A DNA stretch of 32,000 nucleotides from Vibrio vulnificus CMCP6. Lineage in GTDB: Bacteria; Pseudomonadota; Gammaproteobacteria; Enterobacterales; Vibrionaceae. Each line of letters starts with the position of its first letter. Position 1 is the first letter of the stretch. Positions 19,973 to 31,155 of this stretch are shown one piece after another. A model generated the notes under the pieces. That model was not told the origin of the DNA, ran no database searches, and saw only the letters and a list, made by a program, of their open reading frames with translations. Location: NCBI RefSeq assembly GCF_000039765.1, contig NC_004459.3, positions 2,061,127-2,093,126 of the forward strand. Direction: 5' to 3'. The translations under genes were made by a program, and so were the position numbers.

Positions 19973-21724
19973 ATGTCAATTAATACCGATGAATCGACTT
20001 GGCGTACCTTTAAACGCTTGTGGACTTTTATCCGACTGTACAAATCAGGATTGGCCGTTGCCGTTGTGGCATTGATCATCAATGCGGTTTCAGACACCTA
20101 CATGGTCTCTTTATTAAAACCGCTTTTAGATGAAGGATTTGGCAGCGCTGAATCTGATTTTCTCCGCACTCTGCCTCTCCTCGTTTTTGGTTTGATGTTC
20201 ATTCGAGGTATCAGTAGCTTTGTTTCTACTTACTGTTTGAGCTGGGTTTCTGGCAATGTCGTAATGCAAGTACGTCGCATGGTATTTAACCACTACATGC
20301 AGATGCCTGTTTCTTACTTTGATAAAGAAAAATCTGGCAGCTTACTCTCTCGCATCACTTACGATTCCGAGCAGGTTTCAGCGGCAACGAGCCAAGCATT
20401 GGTTAGCATTGTTCGAGAAGGAACGAGCATTATCGGTCTGTTGGTTTTGATGTTCTACAACAGTTGGCAGCTTTCTTTGGTACTCATTTTAGTGGCACCG
20501 GTTGTCGCTTGGGCAATTGGCTTTGTTTCCAAGCGCTTTAGAAAAATCTCTAAAAATATGCAGACCACGATGGGCATTGTAACAAGTTCTGCTGAGCAGA
20601 TGCTTAAAGGTCATAAAGTCGTATTGAGCTACGGAGGGCAAGAGGTAGAAAAATCTCGCTTTGATGTAGTGAGTAACCAAATGCGCCAGCAAAGTATGAA
20701 GCTTATCACCGCCCAAGCCGCGGCTAACCCAATCATTCAAATGATCGCTTCTATTGCCATCGTCGTGGTTTTGTATTTGGCCAGTGTCGATACTATTAAA
20801 GATCAACTGACCCCAGGTACCTTTACCGTGGTTTTCTCCGCGATGTTTGGTCTAATGCGTCCACTTAAAGCATTGACCAATGTTACATCGCAGTTCCAAC
20901 GTGGTATGGCGGCGGCACAAACCCTGTTTGCTTTGGTCGATCTAGAGCCAGAGAAAAATACCGGTACATACAGTGTTGAACGAGCAAAAGGTGAGGTTAA
21001 TGTCAAAGACATCTCCTTTACCTATGAAGGCGCTGAAAAACCTGCCTTGTCGCATGTCTCTTTTGACATTCCGCGAGGGAAAACGGTGGCATTGGTTGGG
21101 CGATCAGGCTCTGGTAAGAGTACCATCGCTAACTTATTTACTCGTTTCTATGATGTCGATTCAGGTGAAATTCAGCTCGATGGTGTAGATGTTCGTGATT
21201 ATGAGTTGAAAAACTTACGTACACAATTTGCGCTGGTGTCGCAAAATGTGCACCTATTTAACGACACCATTGCCAACAATATCGCTTACGCAGCGGGTGA
21301 TAAATACAGCCGCGAAGACATCGAACGCGCCGCAGAGTTAGCACACGCGATGGAGTTCATTTCGAAGATGGAAAATGGACTCGACACCATGGTTGGTGAA
21401 AACGGTGCAAGCCTATCGGGTGGACAGCGTCAGCGCGTTGCGATTGCTCGTGCCTTGTTACGTGATGCCCCTGTGCTGATTCTTGATGAAGCGACCTCTG
21501 CACTGGATACCGAATCAGAACGTGCAATCCAATCGGCATTGGATGAGTTGCAAAAGAACAAGACGGTGTTGGTGATTGCTCACCGCCTGTCAACCATTGA
21601 AAAGGCCGATCAAATCTTAGTGATTGACGATGGTTCCGTTGTTGAACGGGGTTCGCACTCTGAACTTATCGAAAAAGATGGCGCTTACGCGCAATTGCAT
21701 CGCATTCAGTTTGGTGAAGGGTAG
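19973..21724 (+). CDS. msbA: Lipid A export ATP-binding/permease protein MsbA
   Basis: [26 protein letters not shown]..., [54 protein letters not shown]; followed by lpxK. Confidence 0.97.
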
Positions 21725-22731
21725 TGATTGAAAAGATCTGGTTTGAAAACCATCCTGTAAAATACCTTTTATGGCCACTGTTGTGGCCATTATCGCTGTT
21801 GTTTGGTGCGATTAGCCGTCGTCAGAAAGCAGCGTATCAGCGAGGTGCAAAAGCGTCTTTTCAAGCGAGTATACCTGTCATCGTGGTCGGTAATATTACC
21901 GCTGGTGGCAATGGCAAAACTCCGGTCGTCATTTGGTTGGTCGAAAAACTGCAACAGCTTGGCTTTAAGCCGGGTGTGGTCTCTCGTGGCTATGGTGCAA
22001 AAGCACCAGTGTATCCGATGGTGGTGGATTCAGAGAGTTTAACCTCTCACTGTGGTGATGAGCCTAAACTGATATTTGAACGAACGGGGGCTTTGGTTGC
22101 GGTTGACCCCATTCGGCCCAATGCAGTAAAGCGCTTGATAGAACTTGGGGCCAATATCATTGTTACAGATGATGGACTACAGCATTACGCGCTGCAAAGA
22201 GACATCGAAGTGGTGGTTGTGGATGGTCAACGTCGATTTGGTAACCAACAGTTGATCCCGCTCGGCCCACTGCGCGAGCCAACGTCCCGTTTGCAAAACG
22301 TGGATTTTATTATCACCAATGGCGGGGATGCCCACCAAGGTGAAATCGCGATGAGCTTGATGCCAGATATGGCCGTTAATTTGATGACGGGTGAGAAAGT
22401 CACGGTGAATGAATTGGCGTCCTTGGTCGCTTTTGCTGGTATTGGTCACCCCCCACGTTTTTTTAAAACGCTAGAACAATTGGGGGCTGATGTCGTGGTC
22501 AGCCAAGGTTTTGCCGATCATCAAGACTTCGACCCAGAAGCCATCGCGAAGCTGGCCCATCAGGGCAAAAATGTCATTATGACGGAAAAGGACGCGGTAA
22601 AGTGTCGTCGCTTCGCACAAAATAATTGGTGGTATTTACCCGTCTCTGCTCAGTTTTCGTCACACGATCAGCAGAGAATATTGCAAAGAATAACAGAGGT
22701 AGTAAAAGAATATGGATCATCGACTGCTTGA
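21724..22731 (+). CDS. lpxK: Tetraacyldisaccharide 4'-kinase
   Basis: GTG start overlapping the msbA stop (TAGTG). (M)[23 protein letters not shown]...[22 protein letters not shown]...GVVSRGYG; VTDDGLQHY. Confidence 0.96.
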
Positions 22732-22891
22732 GATTGTCGCGTGCCCAGTGTGCAAAGGTAAACTGACTTTTGATAAAGAAAACCAAGAGCTGATTTGCAA
22801 GCTCGATCGCTTGGCTTATCCAATTAAAGAAGGCATTCCTGTTTTGCTTGAGCCGGAAGCTCGCAGCATGGGAATGGATGAGGGGCGCTAA
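22712..22891 (+). CDS. ycaR: YcaR / Trm112 family protein
   Basis: [59 protein letters not shown] (59 aa). It falls below the track's apparent length cutoff. It overlaps the lpxK 3' end by 20 bp and shares TAATG with kdsB. Confidence 0.95.
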
Positions 22892-23646
22892 TGTCATTTA
22901 CCGTTGTCATCCCAGCGCGTTACCAATCAACCCGTTTACCGGGCAAACCGCTGGCAGATATTGCTGGTAAGCCCATGGTTCAGTGGGTGTATGAACAAGC
23001 GATTCAGGCGGGCGCGCAAGATGTAATTATTGCCACCGATGATCAACGTGTCGCTGATGCTGTTGCTGTGTTTGGTGGTAAGGTGTGTATGACCTCGCCA
23101 AACCATGAATCTGGCACAGAGCGTTTGGCGGAAGTGGTCCAATTAATGGGCATCGCTGACGATCACATTGTAGTGAATGTTCAAGGCGATGAGCCGTTAA
23201 TCCCACCTAGCATCATTCGCCAAGTCGCGGAAAATCTGGCAGCAAGCTCTGCACCAATGGCCACATTAGGGGTGGCGATAACTTCAGAAGAAGAAGTGTT
23301 TAACCCGAATGCAGTTAAAGTGGTGACAGACAAAGAAGGCTACGCGCTTTATTTCAGTCGCGCGACGATTCCTTGGGATCGTGATGCCTTTGCACGTGGT
23401 GAAGTTCTCACAGAGCACTCTCTGATGCGCCACATCGGTATCTACGCCTACCGTGCGGGTTTCATTAATACCTACGTTAATTGGCAACCGAGTAGCTTAG
23501 AGAAAATAGAGTGTCTCGAGCAACTGCGAGTACTTTGGTATGGTGAAAAAATCCATGTTGAGCTAGCCAAAGAAGCACCTCCAGCGGGTGTTGATACGCC
23601 AGAGGATCTAGAGTTGGTTCGTGAGCTCATCGCCGCTAAGAGCTGA
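22891..23646 (+). CDS. kdsB: 3-deoxy-manno-octulosonate cytidylyltransferase
   Basis: [37 protein letters not shown]...[12 protein letters not shown]. Confidence 0.98.
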   Translation: MSFTVVIPARYQSTRLPGKPLADIAGKPMVQWVYEQAIQAGAQDVIIATDDQRVADAVAVFGGKVCMTSPNHESGTERLAEVVQLMGIADDHIVVNVQGDEPLIPPSIIRQVAENLAASSAPMATLGVAITSEEEVFNPNAVKVVTDKEGYALYFSRATIPWDRDAFARGEVLTEHSLMRHIGIYAYRAGFINTYVNWQPSSLEKIECLEQLRVLWYGEKIHVELAKEAPPAGVDTPEDLELVRELIAAKS

Positions 23647-23817
23647 TTAGGGCGAGATGCGTTAGATGAACGGAATGGCTGGAGTTTGGGCTCTGGCCAT
23701 TTTTGTTGTTAGTATTCCCAAATTTTAGCGTCACCTCTGGCGCAATTGGACGGTTGGCGTCTCTGTTAGCGTCTATGCTTTAGTTAAGCGCAGTGATCTT
23801 GCTAAGAGCGATGATAG

Positions 23818-24606
23818 ATGGCCTCTAAAAATTACATCAATGTTTCCAGACGAGCAGTGTACCTCGCTCTTATCACCTTTCTTTGCCTAAATCTGACCAG
23901 TGTTACCCCTTTCTTTTATGTCGAGCATCCTATTGATGTGCTAACCGAATCTGCCTATTTTGCGGTACTGGTGTATATCCGTGCGGCGATCAGCCGCTCT
24001 ATTACATCGACACGCTCCATTACGGTTGGTGTGAATCTTATCTTATTTGTCGCATTGTACGATGTATTGACCGAAGTGGACTGGCTGGCAGATTGGAGTA
24101 ATCGGCACGAAGTATTGGATAACATCATTGAGCAAGGGGGAATGTTGGTGGCTGTGGCGAGCATTGCCTTTGGCATTGATAGGCTGATCAAAGCCAAAGA
24201 TCATGAAATCCATCGAGATTCCTTAACAGGGTTATACAATCGCCGCTATTTGGAGCGATTTAGCCAAGAACAGCTCAATTTGGTTTACATCGATCTCAAT
24301 GACCTCAAAGTGGTCAATGATACGCAAGGGCACGATGCAGGAGATGAGCTGATCATCCAGTTTTCCCAATTGCTCACCAAAGCAACCAAAGACGATGAAT
24401 ATGCTTTTCGTGTCGGTGGGGATGAATTTATTTTATTGTTGCAGCCCAAACGCACGTTGTTGGTGATGGACGCGTTACACACCATGTGCGCTAAACGCGA
24501 CATCCACTTTTCTTATGGTCTGTCAGAGCTTGGTGAAGGGGATCTTTCGACACGCGCCAAATTGGCAGATGAGCGTATGTATCAGATGAAGAAAGCCCAC
24601 CGTTAG
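23818..24606 (+). CDS. Membrane-anchored GGDEF-domain protein (putative diguanylate cyclase)
   Basis: Hydrophobic N-terminal segments, then HRDSLTGLYNRRYLERF and FRVGGDEFILLL. Confidence 0.93.
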   Translation: MASKNYINVSRRAVYLALITFLCLNLTSVTPFFYVEHPIDVLTESAYFAVLVYIRAAISRSITSTRSITVGVNLILFVALYDVLTEVDWLADWSNRHEVLDNIIEQGGMLVAVASIAFGIDRLIKAKDHEIHRDSLTGLYNRRYLERFSQEQLNLVYIDLNDLKVVNDTQGHDAGDELIIQFSQLLTKATKDDEYAFRVGGDEFILLLQPKRTLLVMDALHTMCAKRDIHFSYGLSELGEGDLSTRAKLADERMYQMKKAHR

Positions 24607-24641
24607 GTGGGCCAATCGGTAAATGCTCGCTAACGGCTAAG

Positions 24642-26174
24642 TTAGATCTTACTGTCGTACTCAGTACGTTGAGGGCAGGTTGCCAGGATTTCTTTGTGGC
24701 CCGTCTCTTTTACTTCTTCCAAAATAACGTCAAACCCCCACAAACGATATAAGTGCTTCATCACCTCGTTGTAGCTCTTGTCCAGAGGAATGCGATTATG
24801 CGGGACGTATTGCAGGGTTAAAGAGCGATCGCCACGCACATCGACTTTGTAGACTTGGATATTAGGTTCTAGGTTGGCTAGGTTGTATTGCGCAGCCAAG
24901 GTTTCCCGAATTTTTCGATAACCCATATCATCATGGATAGCATTCACTTCGATGAAGTTTCTTCGGTCATCATCTTGAATCGCAAACAGTTTAAAATCGC
25001 GGATGAGTTTGGGAGATAAATACTGACTGATGAAGCTCTCATCTTTAAAGTTGCGCATGGCGAAATGCACCGCATCGAGCCAGTCGCTGCCTGCCAAATC
25101 AGGGAACCACTCTTTGTCCTCATCTGTCGGTTCTTCGCAGATGCGCTTGATGTCACGGAACATCGCAAAGCCTAACGCATAAGGGTTGATGCCGCTAAAG
25201 TAAGGACTGTTATAGGGCGGTTGAGCAACCACACTAGTATGGCTGTGCAAAAACTCTAAGATAAATTTGTCTGAGACAATCCCTTCATCATAAAGATGGT
25301 TGAGAATGGTGTAGTGCCAAAACGTTGCCCATCCTTCGTTCATCACTTGCGTCTGTTTCTGTGGGTAAAAATATTGGCTTATCTTGCGCACGATACGTAC
25401 GATTTCGCGTTGCCAAGGTTCGAGCAGTGGCGCGTGCTTCTCAATGAAATAAAGGATGTTCTCTTGTGGCTCACTCGGGAAGTGAATTTTGCTTTGTTCT
25501 TCCTTCGATTTGGCCTTAGGCACCGTTCTCCAAAGCTCATTGACCTGAGATTGCAGATAGGCCTCTCGCTCTTCTTGTCGAGCTTTCTCCTCATTGATGG
25601 ATATCTTCTCTGGGCGTTTGTAACGATCAACCCCATAGTTCATCAGGGCATGGCAAGAATCGAGTAACTTCTCGACTTCGGTTTCGCCATATTTGGTTTC
25701 ACAATCGGCAATGTATTTCTTCGCAAACAATAAGTAATCAATGATCGAGCTGGCATCGGTCCAAGTTTGGAACAGGTAGTTACCTTTGAAGAACGAGTTG
25801 TGTCCGTAGCTGGCGTGAGCAATCACTAACGCCTGCATCGTAACGGTATTTTCTTCCATTAAATAGGCAATACAAGGGTTGGAGTTAATGACGATTTCGT
25901 ATGCGAGCCCCATTTGGCCATGTTTGTAATTTTGTTCGGTCTGGATGAATTTTTTACCGAAAGACCAGTGATTATAATTAATCGGCATACCGATACTTGA
26001 ATACGCATCCATCATCTGCTCAGAGGTAATGACTTCGATCTGATTAGGATAGGTATCTAGGCGGTAATGCTCAGCGACACGTTTGATCTCGGTATGGTAT
26101 TTTTCCAACAGATCAAAGGTCCAGTCTGGCCCATCTGGCAACATCTTGCTTTTTTTCTTTGTCTTGGTTGTCAT
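24642..26174 (-). CDS. SpoVR family protein
   Basis: MTTKTKKKSKMLPDGPDWTFDLLEKYHTEIKRVAEHYRLDTYPNQIEVITSEQMMDAYSSIGMPINYNHWSFGKKF; gene order with yeaH and prkA. Confidence 0.95.
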   Translation of the reverse strand: MTTKTKKKSKMLPDGPDWTFDLLEKYHTEIKRVAEHYRLDTYPNQIEVITSEQMMDAYSSIGMPINYNHWSFGKKFIQTEQNYKHGQMGLAYEIVINSNPCIAYLMEENTVTMQALVIAHASYGHNSFFKGNYLFQTWTDASSIIDYLLFAKKYIADCETKYGETEVEKLLDSCHALMNYGVDRYKRPEKISINEEKARQEEREAYLQSQVNELWRTVPKAKSKEEQSKIHFPSEPQENILYFIEKHAPLLEPWQREIVRIVRKISQYFYPQKQTQVMNEGWATFWHYTILNHLYDEGIVSDKFILEFLHSHTSVVAQPPYNSPYFSGINPYALGFAMFRDIKRICEEPTDEDKEWFPDLAGSDWLDAVHFAMRNFKDESFISQYLSPKLIRDFKLFAIQDDDRRNFIEVNAIHDDMGYRKIRETLAAQYNLANLEPNIQVYKVDVRGDRSLTLQYVPHNRIPLDKSYNEVMKHLYRLWGFDVILEEVKETGHKEILATCPQRTEYDSKI

Positions 26175-26183
26175 ACGGGCCTC

Positions 26184-27455
26184 CTATGCCGTTTCCTTGT
26201 GAAACAGCTCTCTGAATACCGGGAAGATGTCTTCAACGCTGCGAATATTCTTCATCGCAAAATTATCAAAGCTCTCCTCAAGCTTTTCATATTCATGCCA
26301 CAGCGTTTGGTGTGAACGTCGAGTAATTTCGATATAGGCGTAGTATTGGCAGTTAGGTAACAACTTGCTGGTTAACAACTCTTTGCAACGAGGTGAATCG
26401 TCAGCCCAGTTATCCCCATCAGAAGCTTGTGCAGCGTAGATGTTCCATTCGCCAACGGGATAGCGAGCTTTAACAATTTCATCCATCAATTTCAGAGCAC
26501 TGGAAACGATGGTGCCCCCGGTTTCTTGTGAGTAGAAAAACTCGTGCTCATCGACCTCTTTTGCTTGCGTATGGTGACGTATAAACACCACTTCCACGTT
26601 TTCATACGTACGATTAAGGAACAGATAGAGCAGCACATAAAAGCGCTTGGCAATGTCTTTAGTCGCTTGATCCATGGAGCCTGAAACGTCCATCAGACAA
26701 AACATGACGGCTTGGCTTGAAGGAACGGGCTTGCGCTCATAGTTTTTGAAACGTAAGTCAAACGTATCGATAAAGGGCACGCTTTCAATCGCTTTACGCA
26801 GTTCTGCGATTTCTTGTTTAAGTTTCATTTCCTCCAGCTTTTGTGCGGGCTCTTGATTCTGGATGCGTTCCAACTCCAGCTCTAGCTCGTGCAATAAACG
26901 CTTTTTGCCCGCAGACATTGCGGTGCGACGCGCAAGGGATTGTTGCAAGGAGCGCACAATAGAAATGTTGGAAGGCATCCCTGCGGTTTGATAGCCCGCG
27001 CGGTGTTTCTTCCACTCGGTAATTTTGTTCACCTGATTTTTCTTTAGATTTGGCAAAGCCAAGTCTTCAAATAACAGGTCTAAGTACTCATCTTTGGAAA
27101 TTTGGAAAACAAAATCGTCTTGCCCTTCGCCATCAGCACTGGCATCACCGTCTCCAGCGCCACCGCCTCCTTGGCCACCTTTGGGTCTTTCGATTTTATC
27201 GCCGGTAATGAACTGGTCATTGCCAGGATGGACACGTTCTCTTAACCCCCCTTTACCTTGATGGAAAAGAGGCTCTTTGATGTCTTTGTGCGGAATAGCA
27301 ACGTCCTCACCCGTCTCCGTATTGGTGATCGAGCGACGATTCACCGCGTCCGCTACCGACTCTTTTATCTGCTCTTTATAGCGTCTCATGAAGCGCTGTC
27401 TGTTGACAGCGCTCTTGTTCTTGCCATTGAGCCTACGGTCTATAAATTGCGCCAT
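26184..27455 (-). CDS. yeaH: YeaH/YhbH family (UPF0229/DUF444) protein
   Basis: [38 protein letters not shown]..., [31 protein letters not shown] (MIDAS-like DVSGSM). Confidence 0.94.
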   Translation of the reverse strand: MAQFIDRRLNGKNKSAVNRQRFMRRYKEQIKESVADAVNRRSITNTETGEDVAIPHKDIKEPLFHQGKGGLRERVHPGNDQFITGDKIERPKGGQGGGGAGDGDASADGEGQDDFVFQISKDEYLDLLFEDLALPNLKKNQVNKITEWKKHRAGYQTAGMPSNISIVRSLQQSLARRTAMSAGKKRLLHELELELERIQNQEPAQKLEEMKLKQEIAELRKAIESVPFIDTFDLRFKNYERKPVPSSQAVMFCLMDVSGSMDQATKDIAKRFYVLLYLFLNRTYENVEVVFIRHHTQAKEVDEHEFFYSQETGGTIVSSALKLMDEIVKARYPVGEWNIYAAQASDGDNWADDSPRCKELLTSKLLPNCQYYAYIEITRRSHQTLWHEYEKLEESFDNFAMKNIRSVEDIFPVFRELFHKETA

Positions 27456-27498
27456 GAAATTCCCCTCTCATGTTCCACAGACCTAACTCACATCCGGG

Positions 27499-29433
27499 TT
27501 AGGACGATTTACGTACGCGCAGGTACCACTCAGAAAGCAAGCGAACTTGTTTCTCGGTGTAGCCTTTTTCCATCATACGAGCGACAAAGTCATCGTGTTT
27601 CTTCTGGTCTTCAGAAGAGGTTTTTGCGTTAAAGGAGATAACAGGAAGAAGATCTTCGGTATTGGAGAACATTTTCTTCTCGATCACAGTGCGAAGTTTT
27701 TCATAGCTGGTCCACACAGGGTTTTGACCGTTATTACTGGCTTTCGCACGAAGCACAAAGTTAACGATTTCATTACGGAAATCTTTTGGATTAGAGATGC
27801 CCGCTGTTTTCTCAATTTTCTCCAACTCACCGTTTAAGGCCGAGCGGTCAAACAGCTGCCCCGTTTCTGGATCGCGGTATTCTTGATCTTGGATCCAGAA
27901 GTCTGCGTACGTGACATAGCGATCAAAGATGTTCTGACCATATTCGGAATAAGATTCAAGGTAAGCGGTTTGAATTTCTTTACCGATGAACTCGACGTAG
28001 CGAGGCACCAAGTAGCCTTTCAAGAATTCCAAGTAACGTTCAGCCGTTTCTTGCGGGAACTGCTCACGCTCCACTTGCTGTTCGATGACATAGAAGAGGT
28101 GGACAGGGTTAGCGGCCACTTCAGTTTGGTCGAAGTTAAACACACGAGAGAGAATCTTGAACGCAAAGCGCGTTGAGAGCCCCTTCATGCCTTCGTCCAC
28201 GCCCGCATAATCGCGGTACTCTTGATAGCTCTTGGCTTTTGGATCGGTATCTTTCAACGTTTCGCCATCGTATACCCGCATTTTAGAGAAAATGGACGAG
28301 TTTTCCGGCTCTTTGAGGCGGGAAAGAATACTGAATTGAGCCAACAGTTCTAGCGTACTGGGTGAACATGGCGCTTTGGAAAGCTCAGAGTGCTCTAGCA
28401 ATTTCTGGTAAATTTTCACTTCTTCAGAAACGCGTAAACAGTAAGGGACTTTGACGATATAGACGCGGTCCAAAAACGCTTCATTGTTTTTGTTGTTACG
28501 GAAAGTCTGCCACTCGGATTCATTGGAGTGAGCCAATATCATGCCTTCAAATGGAATCGCAGAAAGTCCCTCAGTACCGTTAAAGTTGCCTTCTTGAGTC
28601 GCCGTCAAGAGAGGGTGGAGCACCTTGATGGGTGCTTTAAACATCTCTACAAACTCCATCAAACCTTGGTTTGCTTTACATAACGCACCAGAGTAGCTGT
28701 ACGCGTCGGGATCGTCTTGCGAATAATGTTCGAGTTTGCGGATGTCCACTTTACCGACCAATGATGAGATGTCTTGGTTGTTTTCATCGCCCGGTTCGGT
28801 TTTTGCGATACCGATTTGATCGAGAATGGAAGGGCGAACCTTCACGACTTTAAACTGACTGATATCCCCACCAAACTCATGCAGACGTTTAGCTGCCCAA
28901 GGTGACATGATGGAGCGTAAATAACGTTTTTCGATGCCATATTCTTTTTGCAATATTTCGCCATCTTCATTGACGTCAAATAAGCAGAAAGGGTGGTCGT
29001 TTACAGGGCTGCGTTTCCCGTTGGCGGTGAGCACGTAAATCGGCATTTGTTGCATTAATGCTTTGAGCTTTTCTGCCAGCGACGATTTACCACCGCCCAC
29101 AGGGCCCAGTAGGTAAAGGATCTGCTTGCGTTCTTCCAGCCCTTGAGCGGCGTGTTTTAGGTAGGAGACGATCTGTTCAATCGCTTCTTCCATTCCATAG
29201 AAATCTTTAAAGGTTTTATAGCGTGAAATCACACGGTTAGAGAAAATACGGCTTAATCGTGGATGCATCGACGTATCGACTAACTCAGGTTCTCCGATGG
29301 CCATAAGAAGTCGTTCAGCGGCATTCGCATAGGCACTTTTGTCATCTTTACAAAGTGCAAGAAAGTCCTGTATCGACATCTCTTCATCTTTTGCAGCTTC
29401 ATAGCGCGCTTGATAGTGGTCAAAAATACTCAT
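27499..29433 (-). CDS. prkA: PrkA family serine protein kinase (YeaG)
   Basis: MSIFDHYQARYEAAKDEEMSIQDFLALCKDDKSAYANAAERLLMAIGEPELVDT...; LYLLGPVGGGKSSLAEKLK (Walker A). Confidence 0.96.
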   Translation of the reverse strand: MSIFDHYQARYEAAKDEEMSIQDFLALCKDDKSAYANAAERLLMAIGEPELVDTSMHPRLSRIFSNRVISRYKTFKDFYGMEEAIEQIVSYLKHAAQGLEERKQILYLLGPVGGGKSSLAEKLKALMQQMPIYVLTANGKRSPVNDHPFCLFDVNEDGEILQKEYGIEKRYLRSIMSPWAAKRLHEFGGDISQFKVVKVRPSILDQIGIAKTEPGDENNQDISSLVGKVDIRKLEHYSQDDPDAYSYSGALCKANQGLMEFVEMFKAPIKVLHPLLTATQEGNFNGTEGLSAIPFEGMILAHSNESEWQTFRNNKNNEAFLDRVYIVKVPYCLRVSEEVKIYQKLLEHSELSKAPCSPSTLELLAQFSILSRLKEPENSSIFSKMRVYDGETLKDTDPKAKSYQEYRDYAGVDEGMKGLSTRFAFKILSRVFNFDQTEVAANPVHLFYVIEQQVEREQFPQETAERYLEFLKGYLVPRYVEFIGKEIQTAYLESYSEYGQNIFDRYVTYADFWIQDQEYRDPETGQLFDRSALNGELEKIEKTAGISNPKDFRNEIVNFVLRAKASNNGQNPVWTSYEKLRTVIEKKMFSNTEDLLPVISFNAKTSSEDQKKHDDFVARMMEKGYTEKQVRLLSEWYLRVRKSS

Positions 29434-29716
29434 GTCACATTCCCCTTCTTATTCGGTCTGCTGACGAACGTTGGCAAATATCGTCCCTTCTCATTGATAA
29501 GCCTAGACGGGGATTTTCAATTTTGCCCAATAAATTATGCATTTATTTAAGATAGGTGAGAGTTTGTTGCTTACTGTTCTGGCGGGTTTTTTTCCTAATC
29601 AAAGAGTTTGAACCAAGGTGAGACAAGGAAAGTTAGATAATTGAAAGAATGGATACTGCTAACTTAGTATTGAAGTTTTTTGTCGTGTAAATTGGGATTT
29701 TTTTGTCTTGAATACG

Positions 29717-29743
29717 CAAAAAAGGCTGACGCTGGTCAACCTT
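29717..29743 (-). terminator. Terminator downstream of yfbU
   Basis: Minus strand reads AAGGTTGAC-CAGC-GTCAGCCTT followed by TTTTT. Confidence 0.7.
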
Positions 29744-29797
29744 TCTATTTGAAATCAATCTGTTTGTCCGCGAAGCGTTAAACGCTAAGCGCTCAAA

Positions 29798-30298
29798 CTA
29801 GGCATTAAAAATTTGGCGCAGTTCTGTCGCACATAAGTGGTATTGACGAGGGCACTTGCGCCAAGTCGCCAACATGCGGCGGTATTTTTCCAGCATCGGC
29901 ATTTGGCTGTTGAAGTGGTGGTCGCCTTTGTCAAATTGAGGGTAGAGACCTTCAGATTCGGTTAAGAATCGAACGTAGTGAACCAATTGTGCTTCAGAGG
30001 CAATATCAAAACCGAGGAACTGAAGGCGACGCTGATCAACCTGGGTAGATTCATCCGCATCGAGCATGCGGAAAGACTCTTGCATTGCATGGTACATTTC
30101 CATCACATCGATAATTTCTTTACAAAGTGCTTCAGTGATGCAGCCGTAATCTTTGTTCAACTCACGCATTTGCAGCTCATAGCCACGCTCAACGATGGTC
30201 TGAAAACGTTGATATTTTTCGGCATTTTCAGGGTCGAGCTGAGACATCAACTTGTACTGGTTGGATAGGATCAATCGTTGTGCATTCGACATTTCCAT
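29798..30298 (-). CDS. yfbU: YfbU family (UPF0304) protein
   Basis: [52 protein letters not shown]...[18 protein letters not shown], close to remembered E. coli YfbU. Confidence 0.94.
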   Translation of the reverse strand: MEMSNAQRLILSNQYKLMSQLDPENAEKYQRFQTIVERGYELQMRELNKDYGCITEALCKEIIDVMEMYHAMQESFRMLDADESTQVDQRRLQFLGFDIASEAQLVHYVRFLTESEGLYPQFDKGDHHFNSQMPMLEKYRRMLATWRKCPRQYHLCATELRQIFNA

Positions 30299-30424
30299 GG
30301 TGACCTCACTATATATTCTCTAATTGTGTTGTTGACGTTAGGTTAGCGGAACATCACACGATGAAACATGATCTCAACACAGTTTTAATGGGAAAAATGG
30401 AAAATTTGTTTGTTGATCTGAGCA

Positions 30425-31101
30425 CTATTTTCGGTAGTGGTTGTAAATGTAATCACGGTCTGAAAAGACGCGTAGCCACTCTGGTTTAAAGACGCAGAGC
30501 ACGGCCAAAGACATCCCATTGAGTAGCGCTTCAGGAAAGGCGAGCAGAGGCATAAAAATGAAATAGTTGTGCCATATGGTTTGCCAGTCGTAATGGCCAA
30601 CATAGAGATGATAAAGGGCATTAATGAGAAGGTGAACGCTGCCAGTCAGCCCTGCGTTGAAAAAACCAGCAATAAAAATAAACACAAAGATGTTTCTCGG
30701 CAAATAGTGATAGCTGAGTACGAAAACCGCGTAAGAAAACAGAATTGGGGTGAGGGAAGAGAGGAGAATCGTACTTGGCAACTGCTGTATCGTTAGATCA
30801 CCAAATGCGATGAGTAACGCGTAGACAGGAAGAGTGAGCAAAAATGCCATTCTCCAGCCGAACATCATGGTGAGCGTGGTCAGTGCAAGAAAATGGATGT
30901 ATAACCCTTCTTTGACTCCTGCTTGAGCATTCCAAAGCAAAAATAGCAGCAACATCACTGCAAACGTCATGTGTTGGAAAGGCTTGTCTGCCACTAGCTT
31001 CGGGAGAAAGGTTTTGAGGAAGTCATCTTTGCAACCAAACCCAATCACCAGCAAGATAACGCCTAAGCAAAGAAAGGCAAATACATCCATGTCATTCATA
31101 C
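30425..31101 (-). CDS. CbiM-like / energy-coupling factor transporter permease-like membrane protein
   Basis: MNDMDVFAFLCLGVILLVIGFG..., multiple hydrophobic segments. Assignment rests on recollection of how homologues near pflA in Vibrio are annotated. The track's GTG start at 31125 falls inside a hairpin. Confidence 0.55.
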
Positions 31102-31110
31102 CTGTAGATA

Positions 31111-31140
31111 AAACAATACCCACTTAAAGTGGGTATTGAA
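31111..31140 (-). terminator. Terminator-like hairpin downstream of pflA
   Basis: Minus strand reads CAATACCCAC-TTTAA-GTGGGTATTG followed by TTTTATC; arms are a perfect 12 bp inverted repeat around one central base. Confidence 0.7.
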
Positions 31141-31155
31141 TAACGAATACGGTGC

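Noticed and set aside
21357-21593. Minus-strand ORF within msbA
   Set aside because: Shadow ORF opposite the ABC signature and Walker B region of msbA.
29434-29716. Possible sigma54 or sigmaS promoter upstream of prkA
   Set aside because: No GG-N10-GC sigma54 signature was found. A CTATCTT-like stretch alone is not enough.
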